64,000 bases of DNA from Polyangiaceae bacterium (lineage in GTDB: Bacteria > Myxococcota_A > Polyangia > Polyangiales > Polyangiaceae): NCBI GenBank assembly GCA_044376115.1, contig JBILLK010000001.1, positions 320,001 through 384,000 on the forward strand, given 5' to 3'. The position numbers and the translations under genes are program-made. Positions 1-9,804 of this stretch are shown piece after piece. Every line of letters starts with the position of its first letter. Positions within the stretch are counted from its first letter, which is position 1. Under the pieces are notes generated by a model. It was not told where the DNA came from and ran no database searches. It saw only the letters and a program-made list of their open reading frames with translations.

Positions 1-462
1 TGCCCGGAGACCGAGCCGCAAGGGCCGGTCATCATCGAGGGCAACAACATCCTCATCTTTGAGAAGGTCCAGTTCGCGACTGGCAGCGCCAAGATCCTCC
101 CCGCCTCCGACTCAATCCTCGAGGCCGTGAGCAAGACGCTGCTGGAGCACCCGGAGTTCACGCTGATCGAAGTGCAAGGTCACGCTGACGAGCGCGCAGA
201 TGACCGCTTCAACCTGCAGCTCACCAAAGACCGCGCCAAGGCCGTCATGCAAGCGCTCGTAAAGCGCGGTGTCGAGGCCGGCCGCGTCCGCTCGATGGGC
301 TTCGGCGAATATTGTCCGCAGGATCCCGAGTCGAACGAGAAGGCCTGGGAAACGAATCGGCGCGTCGAGTTCAAGATCGTACGCACCAAAGACGGTCCGA
401 CCGACGTCGTGCTCGGCTGTGATGCAGCTGCGGCCAAGGGCGTTAAGTCACCGCCGCCGTGA
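1..462 (+). CDS. OmpA-family peptidoglycan-binding protein, C-terminal part (5' end outside window)
   Basis: Frame 1 is open from base 1 (CPETEPQGPVIIEGNNILIFEKVQFATGSAKIL...). OmpA-C motifs IEVQGHADERA, NLQLTKDRAKAV, GFGE and NRRVEF are present. Confidence 0.88.
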   Translation, partial: CPETEPQGPVIIEGNNILIFEKVQFATGSAKILPASDSILEAVSKTLLEHPEFTLIEVQGHADERADDRFNLQLTKDRAKAVMQALVKRGVEAGRVRSMGFGEYCPQDPESNEKAWETNRRVEFKIVRTKDGPTDVVLGCDAAAAKGVKSPPP

Positions 463-503
463 GTCGTTGATGCGTGATCCACCCATCGTGGATCGGCAGC
501 TAC

Positions 504-546
504 AAAGCAGTTGAGGCCTCCAGGAAACTGGGGGCCCTTTGCTTTT
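504..546. terminator. Intrinsic terminator-like hairpin between convergent ompA and MFS genes
   Basis: GGCCTCCAG-GAAA-CTGGGGGCC stem-loop followed by CTTTGCTTTT and preceded by AAAGC. Confidence 0.5.
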
Positions 547-563
547 GGGGCCACAAAGCAAGC

Positions 564-1784
564 CTAACGTTTGCGCGGCTGCGAACGAATCCAGAGCCAC
601 ATCGCGACGGCGAGGCCCACCAGAACCAGCACGGTCGGCGCCAACGGAAGGCGGCGATCGATCGCCCAGCCGAACAGCACCGCGCTTGCGCTCATGCTCA
701 CGGTAAAGCCAAGCGAGTCGAGCGCCAGCATGCGACCTCGCATCTCGGTCGAACTCCGTTGCTGGATCTCGGTTTGGGTGAGCACCCAGATGGCGCCTCC
801 ACCCAACCCCCAGAGAAACACGCCGATGAGCGAACTCACCGAGCCGTGCATGAAGGCCACGATCACGTTGCCCGCGAAAGCAACGAATGCAGCTACGTGA
901 GCGATGCTCGAGTGTTGGCCAAACCGAGCGGTAGCCGCACGTGCGAAGAGCGGCCCGACACCCGTGCCGACGCCGCGCACGGCCTGAAGGATTCCTAGCG
1001 TCGCAGCCGCTCCGTAGGCCCACGGATGAGCCTGCGCGCCGACGTTGAGCGCGACCCACGAGACGCCGGCGGCCACGCCAGTTGGCGTTTTTCCAAAGAC
1101 TCCCGCACGCAACGCCGGCTGTCTCGCTTCGCGAAATGCCAGCCGCAAATCCCCAACCACGACCGCAAGCGCGTTGCCTCGCCCACTCGCGCGATAGTTC
1201 GGCTGTAGACGAGGCAATGAAAGCAGGACGAGCGCTGCAATGAAGAAGGTTGCGGCGTCGATTACGAGCGCTGTGACGGCACCGATCTCGGTTGCGATCC
1301 CTCCTGCCGCCATACCGACGACGAAGGTCGTGCTCCAGGCCGTCGCGTTGAGCGCGTTCGCGGTGGGCAGCTCATGCTCCTGCACCAAGCTCGGTAGCGC
1401 GGCACCAGCCGCAGGCTCACGCATCGCCGCGACTCCCGATCGCAGAAGCAGCAACAGCTGCAAACCAGCAACCGAGTTCTGCAGCGCAGCCAGCGTCATC
1501 GCGATCGTGATCAGGCCTTCACAGACGTTGCCTGCGATCAACACCACTCGCCGATCGAAGCGATCCGCGAGCCAGCCAGCGACGGGCGCTAGCGCAGCAC
1601 CAGGCAAAAGGTGCGCTGCGAGTACGGTGGCCAATGCAACGCCACTGGATTGGGGCGAACCGCGCGCAACCAGCACGCTGATGGCAACGAGACTGAACCA
1701 GTCCCCGGTGACCGACACCACGTCCGCGATGAAGAGGGACCGGTACCCGGCCCGTGCCTTCAGAAGTTGGAGGTAGGTCGTCAT
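564..1784 (-). CDS. MFS transporter (H+ antiporter/DHA3-like)
   Basis: About 12 hydrophobic segments; motif A GWLADRFDRRVVL; N-terminal YRSLFIADVVSVTGDWF; EMRGRMLAL. Confidence 0.88.
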   Translation of the reverse strand: MTTYLQLLKARAGYRSLFIADVVSVTGDWFSLVAISVLVARGSPQSSGVALATVLAAHLLPGAALAPVAGWLADRFDRRVVLIAGNVCEGLITIAMTLAALQNSVAGLQLLLLLRSGVAAMREPAAGAALPSLVQEHELPTANALNATAWSTTFVVGMAAGGIATEIGAVTALVIDAATFFIAALVLLSLPRLQPNYRASGRGNALAVVVGDLRLAFREARQPALRAGVFGKTPTGVAAGVSWVALNVGAQAHPWAYGAAATLGILQAVRGVGTGVGPLFARAATARFGQHSSIAHVAAFVAFAGNVIVAFMHGSVSSLIGVFLWGLGGGAIWVLTQTEIQQRSSTEMRGRMLALDSLGFTVSMSASAVLFGWAIDRRLPLAPTVLVLVGLAVAMWLWIRSQPRKR

Positions 1785-1948
1785 CGCGACGGCAGGCTAG
1801 TCGCATCGAGGTGTCGCAACGTCAGCTCGCGCGAATGTGAGTTCACCACGGGCCTTTCAAGGGCGAAAACAGCACTGGCGTTCGGCGTTCTTTGCTGACA
1901 TGGTTCGCCCGCCCCCAGGGGATGTTGGCGGGGCGGGAGTTGAGCTTC

Positions 1949-3265
1949 ATGCGATCTAGCAACATTTTTGCGGGTTTCTTCGTTTCCGTAGCCTTCCTGT
2001 TGTCCGGCTGTGACGACATCAAAGACAAGCTGGGCATGTCGGAAAAGAAGGAGACGGCCTCCAAAGAGGACTCGAAGGACAAGAAGGAGAAGAAGAAGGC
2101 CGCTGACGACGAGGAAGAGGACACGGACAAGGCCAAGGCTGGTTCGTCGGCCTCCGCTGCAGCCCCCGCCTCGACGAGCGCAGCTCCGACTGCACCGTCC
2201 GCTCCGCTCGGCGCCCCCGGTAAAGCCGCTGCCCACCTTCCCTCCGACTGCGACGCGGTCGTGACGTTGAACATCGCCAAGGTGCTCGCCCATCCGGCCT
2301 TTGCATCACAGGTCGTCCCGGCACTCGATGAGGCCATGAAGAAGGCCTCGACCGAGGGCCCCGACGCTGCAAAGAAAGACGCTTTCTTCAAAGAAACGGG
2401 CATCTCGCCCAAGGCGTTCTCCGACCTTGCTCTTTGCATCAAGGATGGTGGTTCCGAGCCGCTGGTTGGCTTGGTTGCGGCAGGTTCCATCACGCCCGAC
2501 AGCGTGGTCCCCGCGATCGAAAAGGGAGACCCTTCGGCGAAGGACAAGATCAAAGACCTCGACGGGCGCAAAGTGCTGAGCGACGGCAAGTTCACGCTGG
2601 GGCAATACGCTGACGGCTCCTTGGGCTTCGCCCAATCCGACGACATGTTCCGCGCGATGGGCAGCACTGGGGATGCAGCCACCGCCAAGTATCGCATCGA
2701 CGGCAACAAGGAGATCTCCTTGGTGATCCCGGAAGGCTCCATCGCGAAGCTTGCCAAAGGCCAAGCTCCCGCTGAGCTTTCTGCGGTTAAGTCGATCTCG
2801 ATCTCGCTCGATCTCACCGGAGGAAAGGCTGTCGTAAGAGCTGCCACGACCAGCGCAGATGAAGCAAAGAAGCTCGAGGCGCTGTTCACGGTGCTCAAGA
2901 GCGAAGCAGGCGGGAAGCTCGCCGGCGCACCGCCTGGTACGGCGGAGCTCCTCAAGAGCGCGACCAGCCGCGTGGAAGGCAATGACCTCGTGATCGAAGC
3001 AGCGCTGCCTGCCGACGCGATGACCAGCCTCGCCACCCTGATTGCGACGGGCCTGAAGGAAGAGTCCGGAGCTGCGGTGGATTCACTCTTCAAGGGCGAC
3101 GGCAAGGCTGAGGCAAAGAATGAGCCCGCCAAGCCGGGCACGACAGCTGCAGCTCCGGCGACCAAGCCCACCACTCCCACGACGCCAACGAAGCCCACGG
3201 CAACGGCGACGGCAGCAACAGTCAAGCGCCCCGGCGTCGGGCTGAAGCTACCTGGCCGCAAGTAG
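1949..3265 (+). CDS. Hypothetical lipoprotein with Lys/Glu-rich and Ala/Pro/Thr-rich linkers
   Basis: ATG at 1949 after GGGAG; signal peptide with lipobox FLLSGC; host-like codon usage; followed by a terminator. Confidence 0.7.
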   Translation: MRSSNIFAGFFVSVAFLLSGCDDIKDKLGMSEKKETASKEDSKDKKEKKKAADDEEEDTDKAKAGSSASAAAPASTSAAPTAPSAPLGAPGKAAAHLPSDCDAVVTLNIAKVLAHPAFASQVVPALDEAMKKASTEGPDAAKKDAFFKETGISPKAFSDLALCIKDGGSEPLVGLVAAGSITPDSVVPAIEKGDPSAKDKIKDLDGRKVLSDGKFTLGQYADGSLGFAQSDDMFRAMGSTGDAATAKYRIDGNKEISLVIPEGSIAKLAKGQAPAELSAVKSISISLDLTGGKAVVRAATTSADEAKKLEALFTVLKSEAGGKLAGAPPGTAELLKSATSRVEGNDLVIEAALPADAMTSLATLIATGLKEESGAAVDSLFKGDGKAEAKNEPAKPGTTAAAPATKPTTPTTPTKPTATATAATVKRPGVGLKLPGRK

Positions 3266-3282
3266 TCGGTAGCGGCTCCACC

Positions 3283-3320
3283 AACGAAAACGCCCTCTTC
3301 AAGGAGGGCGTTTTTGCGTT
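3283..3320. terminator. Bidirectional rho-independent terminator
   Basis: AAAACGCCCTC-TTCAAG-GAGGGCGTTTTT between convergent genes. Confidence 0.75.
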
Positions 3321-3361
3321 CGGCAACGGATGTTGTGCCGACGCTTTCGAATCACGCGTCG

Positions 3362-4045
3362 TCACATCAGCTGGAACTGCTCGCGAACGACGATCCGGCC
3401 TTCGCCCATATTGGTCGCGGAGACAACGGCGCGGTAGTCGGAGAAGCTAAACTCCGAAGCGACCTGGCTAAGCTTGTTCTTCGAGAGGTAGCTGCTCGAC
3501 TTCTCGCCGCGCTCTTTTGATGGGGGCCCTGCAACCGCCATCAGGCTCGAGGCGCGGGCTTGAACGAATTCCACAGCCGCTTCAGGCGCCATGCTGTTGC
3601 GAGTTACGCCAACGGTGACAAGGGCCTGGGCCGAGTCAAAAACGAAGAGCACCTCATCGGCGTCGGTGGATGAATCGATCGCTGCACCAGCGACTTTTTG
3701 GCAGCGAAGCTCATTGCTGCGGACGCTATTGCAGCTGACGCCACGGTCAGCGGCCCAGCCTTCAACCGAGGCTCGCGTCGTTTGGCCGAGCGTAAAACCG
3801 AGTGCTGGCTTGCCCGACGACGTCCCTTCGCCGCGCACTTTATCGAACGCTAGTTCACGCGCTTGGTCACGCTGCTCGGGCGTCAACGCGACATCCATCC
3901 CTACCGGGCAAGCGCCCATTCCGGGGATGTAGCGCAACATCCAACGACCAGACTTGGTGTGAGCAAACCCGATCACCCCGACCGCCAAAGCCGAGGTCAA
4001 CACGAGACCTGCCGAGATACGAATCAGGAGTGAACGCTTCTTCAT
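3362..4045 (-). CDS. Hypothetical exported or membrane-anchored protein
   Basis: 227-aa ORF with basic N-terminus plus hydrophobic helix; GAGGAAG upstream; no recognised domain. Confidence 0.6.
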   Translation of the reverse strand: MKKRSLLIRISAGLVLTSALAVGVIGFAHTKSGRWMLRYIPGMGACPVGMDVALTPEQRDQARELAFDKVRGEGTSSGKPALGFTLGQTTRASVEGWAADRGVSCNSVRSNELRCQKVAGAAIDSSTDADEVLFVFDSAQALVTVGVTRNSMAPEAAVEFVQARASSLMAVAGPPSKERGEKSSSYLSKNKLSQVASEFSFSDYRAVVSATNMGEGRIVVREQFQLM

Positions 4046-4105
4046 TTCTTCCTCGAAAGATGGGGCTCATCGACTCGACGAATCGACCCGATGAGCCTTG
4101 CAAAC

Positions 4106-4639
4106 TCACTTGCCGATGAAGTCAGCGGCGAAGGTCGCATCCGTGAGCGCCGGAGCGAAACACTCGCCGATGTAATCATCGGGAACGCCAGCATCCGAGA
4201 GCACGCCTGCAATCAGGCCCACGAATGCGTCGTACTCCTCTTGCGTGATGTCGAGACCGGTGTGAGCCTCAACCATCGACGGTCCTTCGTACGTGCCCGT
4301 GGTGCAACCGTACGCATCCGAAACGAAGGCCGTGAGGCTCGCCTTGAAAGCGGTAACAGCGGCATCACCCGCCATTACGAGCGGCGCAAAATCGGCTTCG
4401 AACTGGGGATCAGCGGCGGCGCGATTCACGATCTCGTCAACAGCAGCCGGAACGGCAGCACCGTAGTCAGCGCAAACGTCGCACTGCACGCCAGAGCCGC
4501 CTGCGCCGCCCTCGCCACCCTCGCCACCTGCACCGCCGGTCGCACCACCAGTGCCACCGCCGCCGCTCGTCGAATCATCACCACAACCCACTGCAACGAA
4601 AGCCGCGAACATTGCGCAGCTCAAAAACTTTAAAGCCAT
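4106..4639 (-). CDS. Group I (2/2) truncated hemoglobin, lipoprotein-anchored
   Basis: GGAGG RBS before ATG 4639; lipobox VAVGC; Gly-rich linker; then trHbN-like motifs VDEIVNRAAADPQFEADF and YEGPSMVEAHTGLDITQEEYDAF...LSDAGVP with proximal His F8. Confidence 0.8.
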   Translation of the reverse strand: MALKFLSCAMFAAFVAVGCGDDSTSGGGGTGGATGGAGGEGGEGGAGGSGVQCDVCADYGAAVPAAVDEIVNRAAADPQFEADFAPLVMAGDAAVTAFKASLTAFVSDAYGCTTGTYEGPSMVEAHTGLDITQEEYDAFVGLIAGVLSDAGVPDDYIGECFAPALTDATFAADFIGK

Positions 4640-4701
4640 GAGGAACCTCCTAGTTCGGCGCATACGTAGCAGCTTGCAACCCAGTTGCCCAAGTTCGAAC
4701 A

Positions 4702-4737
4702 AACGAGAAAAGGCCCGGTCATGGGCCTCTTCTCGTT
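4702..4737 (-). terminator. Intrinsic terminator after the choice-of-anchor L-like gene
   Basis: AACGAGAAAAGGCCC-GGTCAT-GGGCCTCTTCTCGTT inverted repeat. Confidence 0.6.
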
Positions 4738-4783
4738 GTCTAACGTTTGGTCACAAGGCTTGGACACCTCGTTCGTGCTGTAA

Positions 4784-5917
4784 TCACTGCGGAATCGGCT
4801 GTGTCCCGGTGGTGGTCCCGTCCGACTCGAACTTGAAGTTATCGATCAGGACCGTTGAGTCCAGGACACCATCACCCGAGTCCCAGATCGCAAAGTGCAA
4901 CGTGATGTCGGACCCTGGCGAATCGATCGGCGCTTTGGTCTCGAGCCAGCCCGTCGCTGCACTGCCTAGCGTCTCCTCGAAGGTCTTGAAGTCGATCGCC
5001 ATTTGCTCGTCAAAGCCGGTCCCCATCAGCTCGGCGGTGCCTTGGGTGCAAGAGAAGTTCTTGCCACCGTGATTGCCAGGCGTGCAGACGTCGAGGAAGC
5101 CCGCGTTGACGCTGATGGTGTTGCCATCCGGGTCGAAGGAGATGTTCCCGTCAGCGAGGCCCGAGGGCGTGGGCGTCATCATCGCGACGAAGAAGTCGTT
5201 GTAGGTGTCGCAAATGTAGTTGGGGTACTCGTAGGTGTAGAAGTCGAGGTTGAAGGAGAAGCTCTTCGCGTCGACCGGCGTCTTGATCACCACCTTCAGA
5301 CCGGCTGAGTCGTAGGGCTCACCGGTGATGCTACCGGGGCAGGCGGGTGACTCTTTGGGGTAACCGGGCGGTGAGCCGTGCGGCGATTGATCTTTCCAGT
5401 AGCCGCCAACACTCATGTAGCCCGGATCATTCGGGCCGCGCGCAGACCCAGAGGAGAGGGCCAAAACCTTCGCTCCTTCACGCGGAGTCACAGGGCCGAG
5501 GCCGTTGAGAATGCCTTTGCCATCGGCGAGGGTGCCGCTGAGCGGCTGGCCATCCGAACGCACCCACTCAGCGCTCTTGACGCCCCAGCTGTTGCCTTCA
5601 GCAACTTTGCAAAGCCCCATCGCGCGCGCGCCGTCCATCGCATCGCCGCTATCGATCGACAACGCTCCGTCGCAATCACCCTGCGGACTCGAGCCAACGC
5701 ACTCCGGATCCGTGCAATTGGAAACGATGCCGGACGAGCTTGAGCCACCGCTTAACTGGAAGGAGCCAGTGGAACCGTTGTTCCCAGCACCGTCCGAACC
5801 TCCACCGCCATCGTTGTTGTTGGATGACCCAACGGTCGAACCGACCCCGGGGCTACAAGCCACCACGAGTCCCGCAATCAACGAACCAAGAAGCGCCTGC
5901 CTGCTGCCCATACGCAC
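4784..5917 (-). CDS. Lipoprotein with choice-of-anchor L-like extracellular domain
   Basis: Lipobox LVVAC; Gly/Ser linker; motifs LSSGSA, FSFNLDFYTYEYPNYICDTYNDFF and FAIWDSGDGVLDSTVLIDNF. Confidence 0.65.
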   Translation of the reverse strand: MRMGSRQALLGSLIAGLVVACSPGVGSTVGSSNNNDGGGGSDGAGNNGSTGSFQLSGGSSSSGIVSNCTDPECVGSSPQGDCDGALSIDSGDAMDGARAMGLCKVAEGNSWGVKSAEWVRSDGQPLSGTLADGKGILNGLGPVTPREGAKVLALSSGSARGPNDPGYMSVGGYWKDQSPHGSPPGYPKESPACPGSITGEPYDSAGLKVVIKTPVDAKSFSFNLDFYTYEYPNYICDTYNDFFVAMMTPTPSGLADGNISFDPDGNTISVNAGFLDVCTPGNHGGKNFSCTQGTAELMGTGFDEQMAIDFKTFEETLGSAATGWLETKAPIDSPGSDITLHFAIWDSGDGVLDSTVLIDNFKFESDGTTTGTQPIPQ

Positions 5918-6023
5918 CTCGTTTTCCTTCCTGCGATGACCGGGGATGGCCGACTACAGAAGCGGAAGAGTTATCAGATGAGCGTACATCATTCGTTGCC
6001 TCGCCGTAACGGCTTTCTCACAA

Positions 6024-6926
6024 TCAAACTGGACGTGTTTGCCTAAGAATTGCCTTCACATCCGACCAGGTAGCACCGTCGATTGGGGCATCCTCGTGAA
6101 GCTCCAGGCCTCGCTCCAGGTCCTCCAGGCAATACCCGCCGGTCAATAGATCACCGCCCACGCGGACAGCGCCGTCTTTGGTTGTCCGCTCGAGGTAGCC
6201 AATTGGCACCTCCAGCGTCGTACCCAAAGCGGTCCAGCCCTCATCGCGCTCGGAAACCGGCAGCGGCTGGACGTGCTCCAACTGCGATGGCCGGCCTGCG
6301 CCAACCTCCTCGCACAATGCGAGCCGTAGGCTCTCGATCCAAGCGACCGGATCGCTCGTCACTTCGGTCAATGGCAAGGTTGGTCGGGTGCCATAGCGTT
6401 GAAGCGCAAGCTCCAGATCCGTCGCCTCCTCGCGAGGGACCCGCAGCTCGCTGCGCAGCGAGCCGATCGCCTCGACGAGCACAGTTCCTGGTCGAGTCAC
6501 CTCGAAGCCCAGCCCAAACAGGGCCCGTCGTCCCGAGCTTGGCCCAGCCGAAATCCAATCGCGACCAAGATAGACCGCCGCGCAGCGGAGCCGCCGGAGC
6601 GCGCTCAGCAAAGGCCTCACGTTGCGGTTGAGCAACGTTCGGTACGAGGCATCCTTGAACAGCGTGTCCACGCTCGGCAGCGCCAACCCAACGTAGACCA
6701 CGCCATCCACGAACATCGGCGCTCCGGAAGAAACCCGCCTCACGCGTTGGTTGGACACGGTGATTCGTGTTGCGTGGGCATGCGCACCGAGCACAACGCC
6801 CGTCCCGCCGAAGTGTTCAACCGCGACCGCCGAGCGACCCGTCGAACTCGTGAGGCTCAACAGGCTGTGGCCCAAACCAAGGCCCACCTGAAGGTCGCAG
6901 GGATGAGAGGGTCGTACGAGCAGCAT
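6024..6926 (-). CDS. Divergent lipoate-protein ligase (BPL/LplA/LipB fold)-like protein
   Basis: VVLGAHAH...VRRVSSGAPMFV resembles the LplA 'VVLG.(F/Y)Q...VRRxSGGGAV' segment but is degenerate; no clear catalytic Lys. Confidence 0.4.
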   Translation of the reverse strand: MLLVRPSHPCDLQVGLGLGHSLLSLTSSTGRSAVAVEHFGGTGVVLGAHAHATRITVSNQRVRRVSSGAPMFVDGVVYVGLALPSVDTLFKDASYRTLLNRNVRPLLSALRRLRCAAVYLGRDWISAGPSSGRRALFGLGFEVTRPGTVLVEAIGSLRSELRVPREEATDLELALQRYGTRPTLPLTEVTSDPVAWIESLRLALCEEVGAGRPSQLEHVQPLPVSERDEGWTALGTTLEVPIGYLERTTKDGAVRVGGDLLTGGYCLEDLERGLELHEDAPIDGATWSDVKAILRQTRPV

Positions 6927-6978
6927 GACTTACGATACGGAACTTTTTTCTTGAAGACAGTCGATCCAGAGGCTACTA

Positions 6979-7000
6979 ACTCTAACGCCCACGTAAGAGT
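6979..7000. promoter_or_regulatory. MerR-type dyad operator
   Basis: ACTCTAACG-CCCA-CGTAAGAGT (8/9 inverted match) abuts the merR-like ATG. The minus strand reads TTGACT-N19-TAGAGT; the plus strand has TTGAAG-N17-TACTAA at 6951-6979. Confidence 0.55.
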
Positions 7001-7624
7001 ATGAGTCAATCATCCCGCACCAAGAACGAGCCGAACGAACACCGCGTCGTTCGTTTGCCGCTTTTGGACGCGGAGATGAAGCCGAGGCCGTGGGCGCAAA
7101 CCCGCAAGCCAGCGGTGGCCAACCTGCAGGTCGGGGATCTCGCCAAAGCGGCGGGTAAGACGGTTCGCGCCATTCACCACTATGAGGAGCTGGGTCTGCT
7201 GCGCCCCGACGCTCGGTCGAAGGGGCGGTTCCGCCTCTATGACGAGGGTGCCGTCGCGCGCGTTCGTTGGATCGGCAAGCTTCATGATCTGGGCATGAGC
7301 CTGCTCGAGATCCAAAAGGTGCTCGAGGCCTGGGAGAACGCCGAAGTACCAGCGCGAGCCATGGCCGACGTTCGAACCGTCTACAGGAACAGGCTCGAAG
7401 AGACTCGCGCGCAGATCGCGCGACTGCGCGCGCTCGAACAGGAGCTCGAGGCCAGCATCAACTACCTCGACACCTGCGATTCGTGTGCGCCCCAACCCCC
7501 TGCGCTAGCCGAGCCGCACTCGGAGCTGCGCGAAAAGTCCTCCACTGAAGTGGTCTGTCGTTCGTGTGAGCTACGCGAACGAGAGGCCGAACCCGATCTC
7601 GTTGCAGGCATTGTCGCCTCTTAG
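7001..7624 (+). CDS. MerR-family transcriptional regulator with two C-terminal CxxC motifs
   Basis: [29 protein letters not shown]...[14 protein letters not shown], coiled coil, then CDSC and CRSC. Confidence 0.88.
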   Translation: MSQSSRTKNEPNEHRVVRLPLLDAEMKPRPWAQTRKPAVANLQVGDLAKAAGKTVRAIHHYEELGLLRPDARSKGRFRLYDEGAVARVRWIGKLHDLGMSLLEIQKVLEAWENAEVPARAMADVRTVYRNRLEETRAQIARLRALEQELEASINYLDTCDSCAPQPPALAEPHSELREKSSTEVVCRSCELREREAEPDLVAGIVAS

Positions 7625-7652
7625 CCCTCCGTTCAACCCGCAGAGACAAACC

Positions 7653-8876
7653 ATGGCGCTCCGACTTCCCGTTTACATGGACTATCACGCCACTACCCCG
7701 GCCGATCCGCGCGTGGTGGAAACGATGTTGCCGTACTTCACCGAGAAGTTTGGCAACGCGGCTAGCCGCAACCACGCCTTCGGCTGGACGGCGGAGGAGG
7801 CGGTCAGCATCGCGCGTGAGCAGGTTGCGCGCTTGGTTGGGGCAAAGAACCCGAAGGAGATCGTCTTCACCTCCGGCGCTACCGAGTCGGACAACCTAGC
7901 CATCAAGGGCGTGGCCGAGTTCTACAAGGACAAGGGCAACCACATCATCACGACGACGATCGAGCACAAGGCCGTGCTCGACACCTGCAAGCGGCTCGAG
8001 AAAGAGGGCTTCGAGGTCACCTACCTTCCGGTCGGCAAAGACGGCCTCGTTGACCCGAACGACGTGAAAAACGCCCTCACCGACAAGACGATCCTGGTCT
8101 CGGTGATGTTGGCCAACAACGAGGTCGGCACCGTGCAACCACTCGAGGAGATCGGCGCGCTCACGCGGGCGCGCGGCGTGCTGTTCCACTCGGACGCCGT
8201 GCAAGGGCTGGGCAAGGTCCCGTTCGACGTCGAGCGAATGAACCTGGATCTCGTGTCGATCACCGCCCACAAGATGTACGGCCCGAAAGGCGTTGGAGCG
8301 CTCTACGTGCGACGCAGCAAGCCTCGCGTTCGCATCACAGCGATGCTCGACGGTGGCGGTCATGAGTTCGGAATGCGCTCCGGGACGTTGAACGTGCCGG
8401 CGATCGTTGGCTTCGGGAAGGCCGCGCAGATCCTCGTGGAGGAAGGCGCCGCGGAGAGCGAGCGCATCGCCAAACAGCGAGATCGATTGCTCAATCGGCT
8501 CGAGAGCCAACTCGACGAGCTGAAGATCAACGGCCACCGCGAGAAGCGTCTCCCCGGCAACCTCAACATCAGCTTCGCCTTCGTAGAGGGTGAAGCGCTG
8601 CTGATGGCGATCAAGGACGTTGCTTGCTCCAGCGGCTCCGCCTGCACCAGCGCCAGCCTCGAGCCCTCCTACGTGCTGCACGCGATGGGCATCGGAGATG
8701 ATCTGGCGCATTCATCGATTCGCTTTGGACTTGGGCGCTTCACCACCGATGAGGAGGTCGACTTCGTCGCCGATCTCGTCAGCACCAAGGTGAAGAAGCT
8801 GCGCGACATGTCACCGCTCTACGAGATGCACAAAGAAGGCATCGACCTGCAAACGGTGGAGTGGGCGGCTCACTGA
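7653..8876 (+). CDS. iscS: Cysteine desulfurase IscS
   Basis: [29 protein letters not shown] (PLP Lys), [18 protein letters not shown]-terminal EWAAH. Confidence 0.97.
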   Translation: MALRLPVYMDYHATTPADPRVVETMLPYFTEKFGNAASRNHAFGWTAEEAVSIAREQVARLVGAKNPKEIVFTSGATESDNLAIKGVAEFYKDKGNHIITTTIEHKAVLDTCKRLEKEGFEVTYLPVGKDGLVDPNDVKNALTDKTILVSVMLANNEVGTVQPLEEIGALTRARGVLFHSDAVQGLGKVPFDVERMNLDLVSITAHKMYGPKGVGALYVRRSKPRVRITAMLDGGGHEFGMRSGTLNVPAIVGFGKAAQILVEEGAAESERIAKQRDRLLNRLESQLDELKINGHREKRLPGNLNISFAFVEGEALLMAIKDVACSSGSACTSASLEPSYVLHAMGIGDDLAHSSIRFGLGRFTTDEEVDFVADLVSTKVKKLRDMSPLYEMHKEGIDLQTVEWAAH

Positions 8877-8916
8877 GCTTCCACCGCCAAACCTTTCAAA
8901 CGTCGGAGAAAACATC

Positions 8917-9309
8917 ATGGCTTACAGCGAAAAAGTGATCGACCACTACGAGAACCCCCGCAACGTTGGCACGCTCGACAAGGCAGATGACAGCGTTGGA
9001 ACCGGCCTCGTTGGCGCCCCCGCTTGCGGAGACGTCATGCGCCTTCAGATCAAGGTGAACGAGGGCGGCATCATTGAAGAAGCAAAATTCAAGACCTTCG
9101 GCTGCGGCTCCGCCATCGCCTCGTCGTCACTCGCCACCGAGTGGCTCAAAGGCAAGTCGGTGGAAGAGGCCGAGACGATCAAGAACAGCATGATCGCCGA
9201 AGAGCTGAATCTGCCCCCTGTGAAGATCCACTGCTCGGTCTTGGCCGAAGACGCGATCAAGTCGGCGATCGCCGACTATCGAGCCAAGAAGGCCGCTAAG
9301 TCCGCCTGA
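8917..9309 (+). CDS. iscU: Fe-S scaffold protein IscU
   Basis: MAYSEKVIDHYENPRNVG, GAPACGDVM, FKTFGCGSAIASSS, LPPVKIHCSVLAEDAIK. Confidence 0.98.
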   Translation: MAYSEKVIDHYENPRNVGTLDKADDSVGTGLVGAPACGDVMRLQIKVNEGGIIEEAKFKTFGCGSAIASSSLATEWLKGKSVEEAETIKNSMIAEELNLPPVKIHCSVLAEDAIKSAIADYRAKKAAKSA

Positions 9310-9348
9310 CCCAAAGCGTTCGACCTCCACCCGCGAAACGACAGCGCT

Positions 9349-9768
9349 ATGACCTCACTGACAGAAGCCCAACAAGCCGCGTTCAAGCCCGTACCGAAGT
9401 TTGAGACGGGTATAGCCAAAGACACGCTCGGCGTCTCGCCGAAGGCCGTCGAGGCGATCGAGGCCGCGCTCAAGAAGCGGGGCACTCCAGATGCGGCGCT
9501 GCGCGTCGGCATTCGCGGTGGAGGCTGCTCGGGCTTCTCCTATGTGATGGAGTTCTCGGATGATGCGCCACGCAGTGGCGACCGAGTGCTCGAACACACA
9601 GCAGCGAGCGGTGCCACCGTACGAGTGTTCTGCGACAAGAAGAGCATTCTCTACTTGGGCGGCTCGGTGCTCGACTACGAAAAGACCCTCATGTACCAGG
9701 GCTTCAAGTTCAAGAACCCGCAGGAAGCCTCCAAGTGCGGCTGCGGTCACTCCTTCACGGTCGCCTGA
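9349..9768 (+). CDS. iscA: A-type Fe-S carrier IscA (HesB family)
   Basis: LRVGIRGGGCSGFSY and FKNPQEASKCGCGHSF motifs; isc operon position. Confidence 0.93.
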   Translation: MTSLTEAQQAAFKPVPKFETGIAKDTLGVSPKAVEAIEAALKKRGTPDAALRVGIRGGGCSGFSYVMEFSDDAPRSGDRVLEHTAASGATVRVFCDKKSILYLGGSVLDYEKTLMYQGFKFKNPQEASKCGCGHSFTVA

Positions 9769-9804
9769 GACTGTCGCTCAGCTAGGGCCCAAGAGGAGCA
9801 CTCC

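Noticed and set aside
1843..3261. 472-aa minus-strand ORF
   Set aside because: Exact antisense of the lipoprotein gene, which has an RBS, a lipobox and a terminator; explained by GC-rich codon bias.
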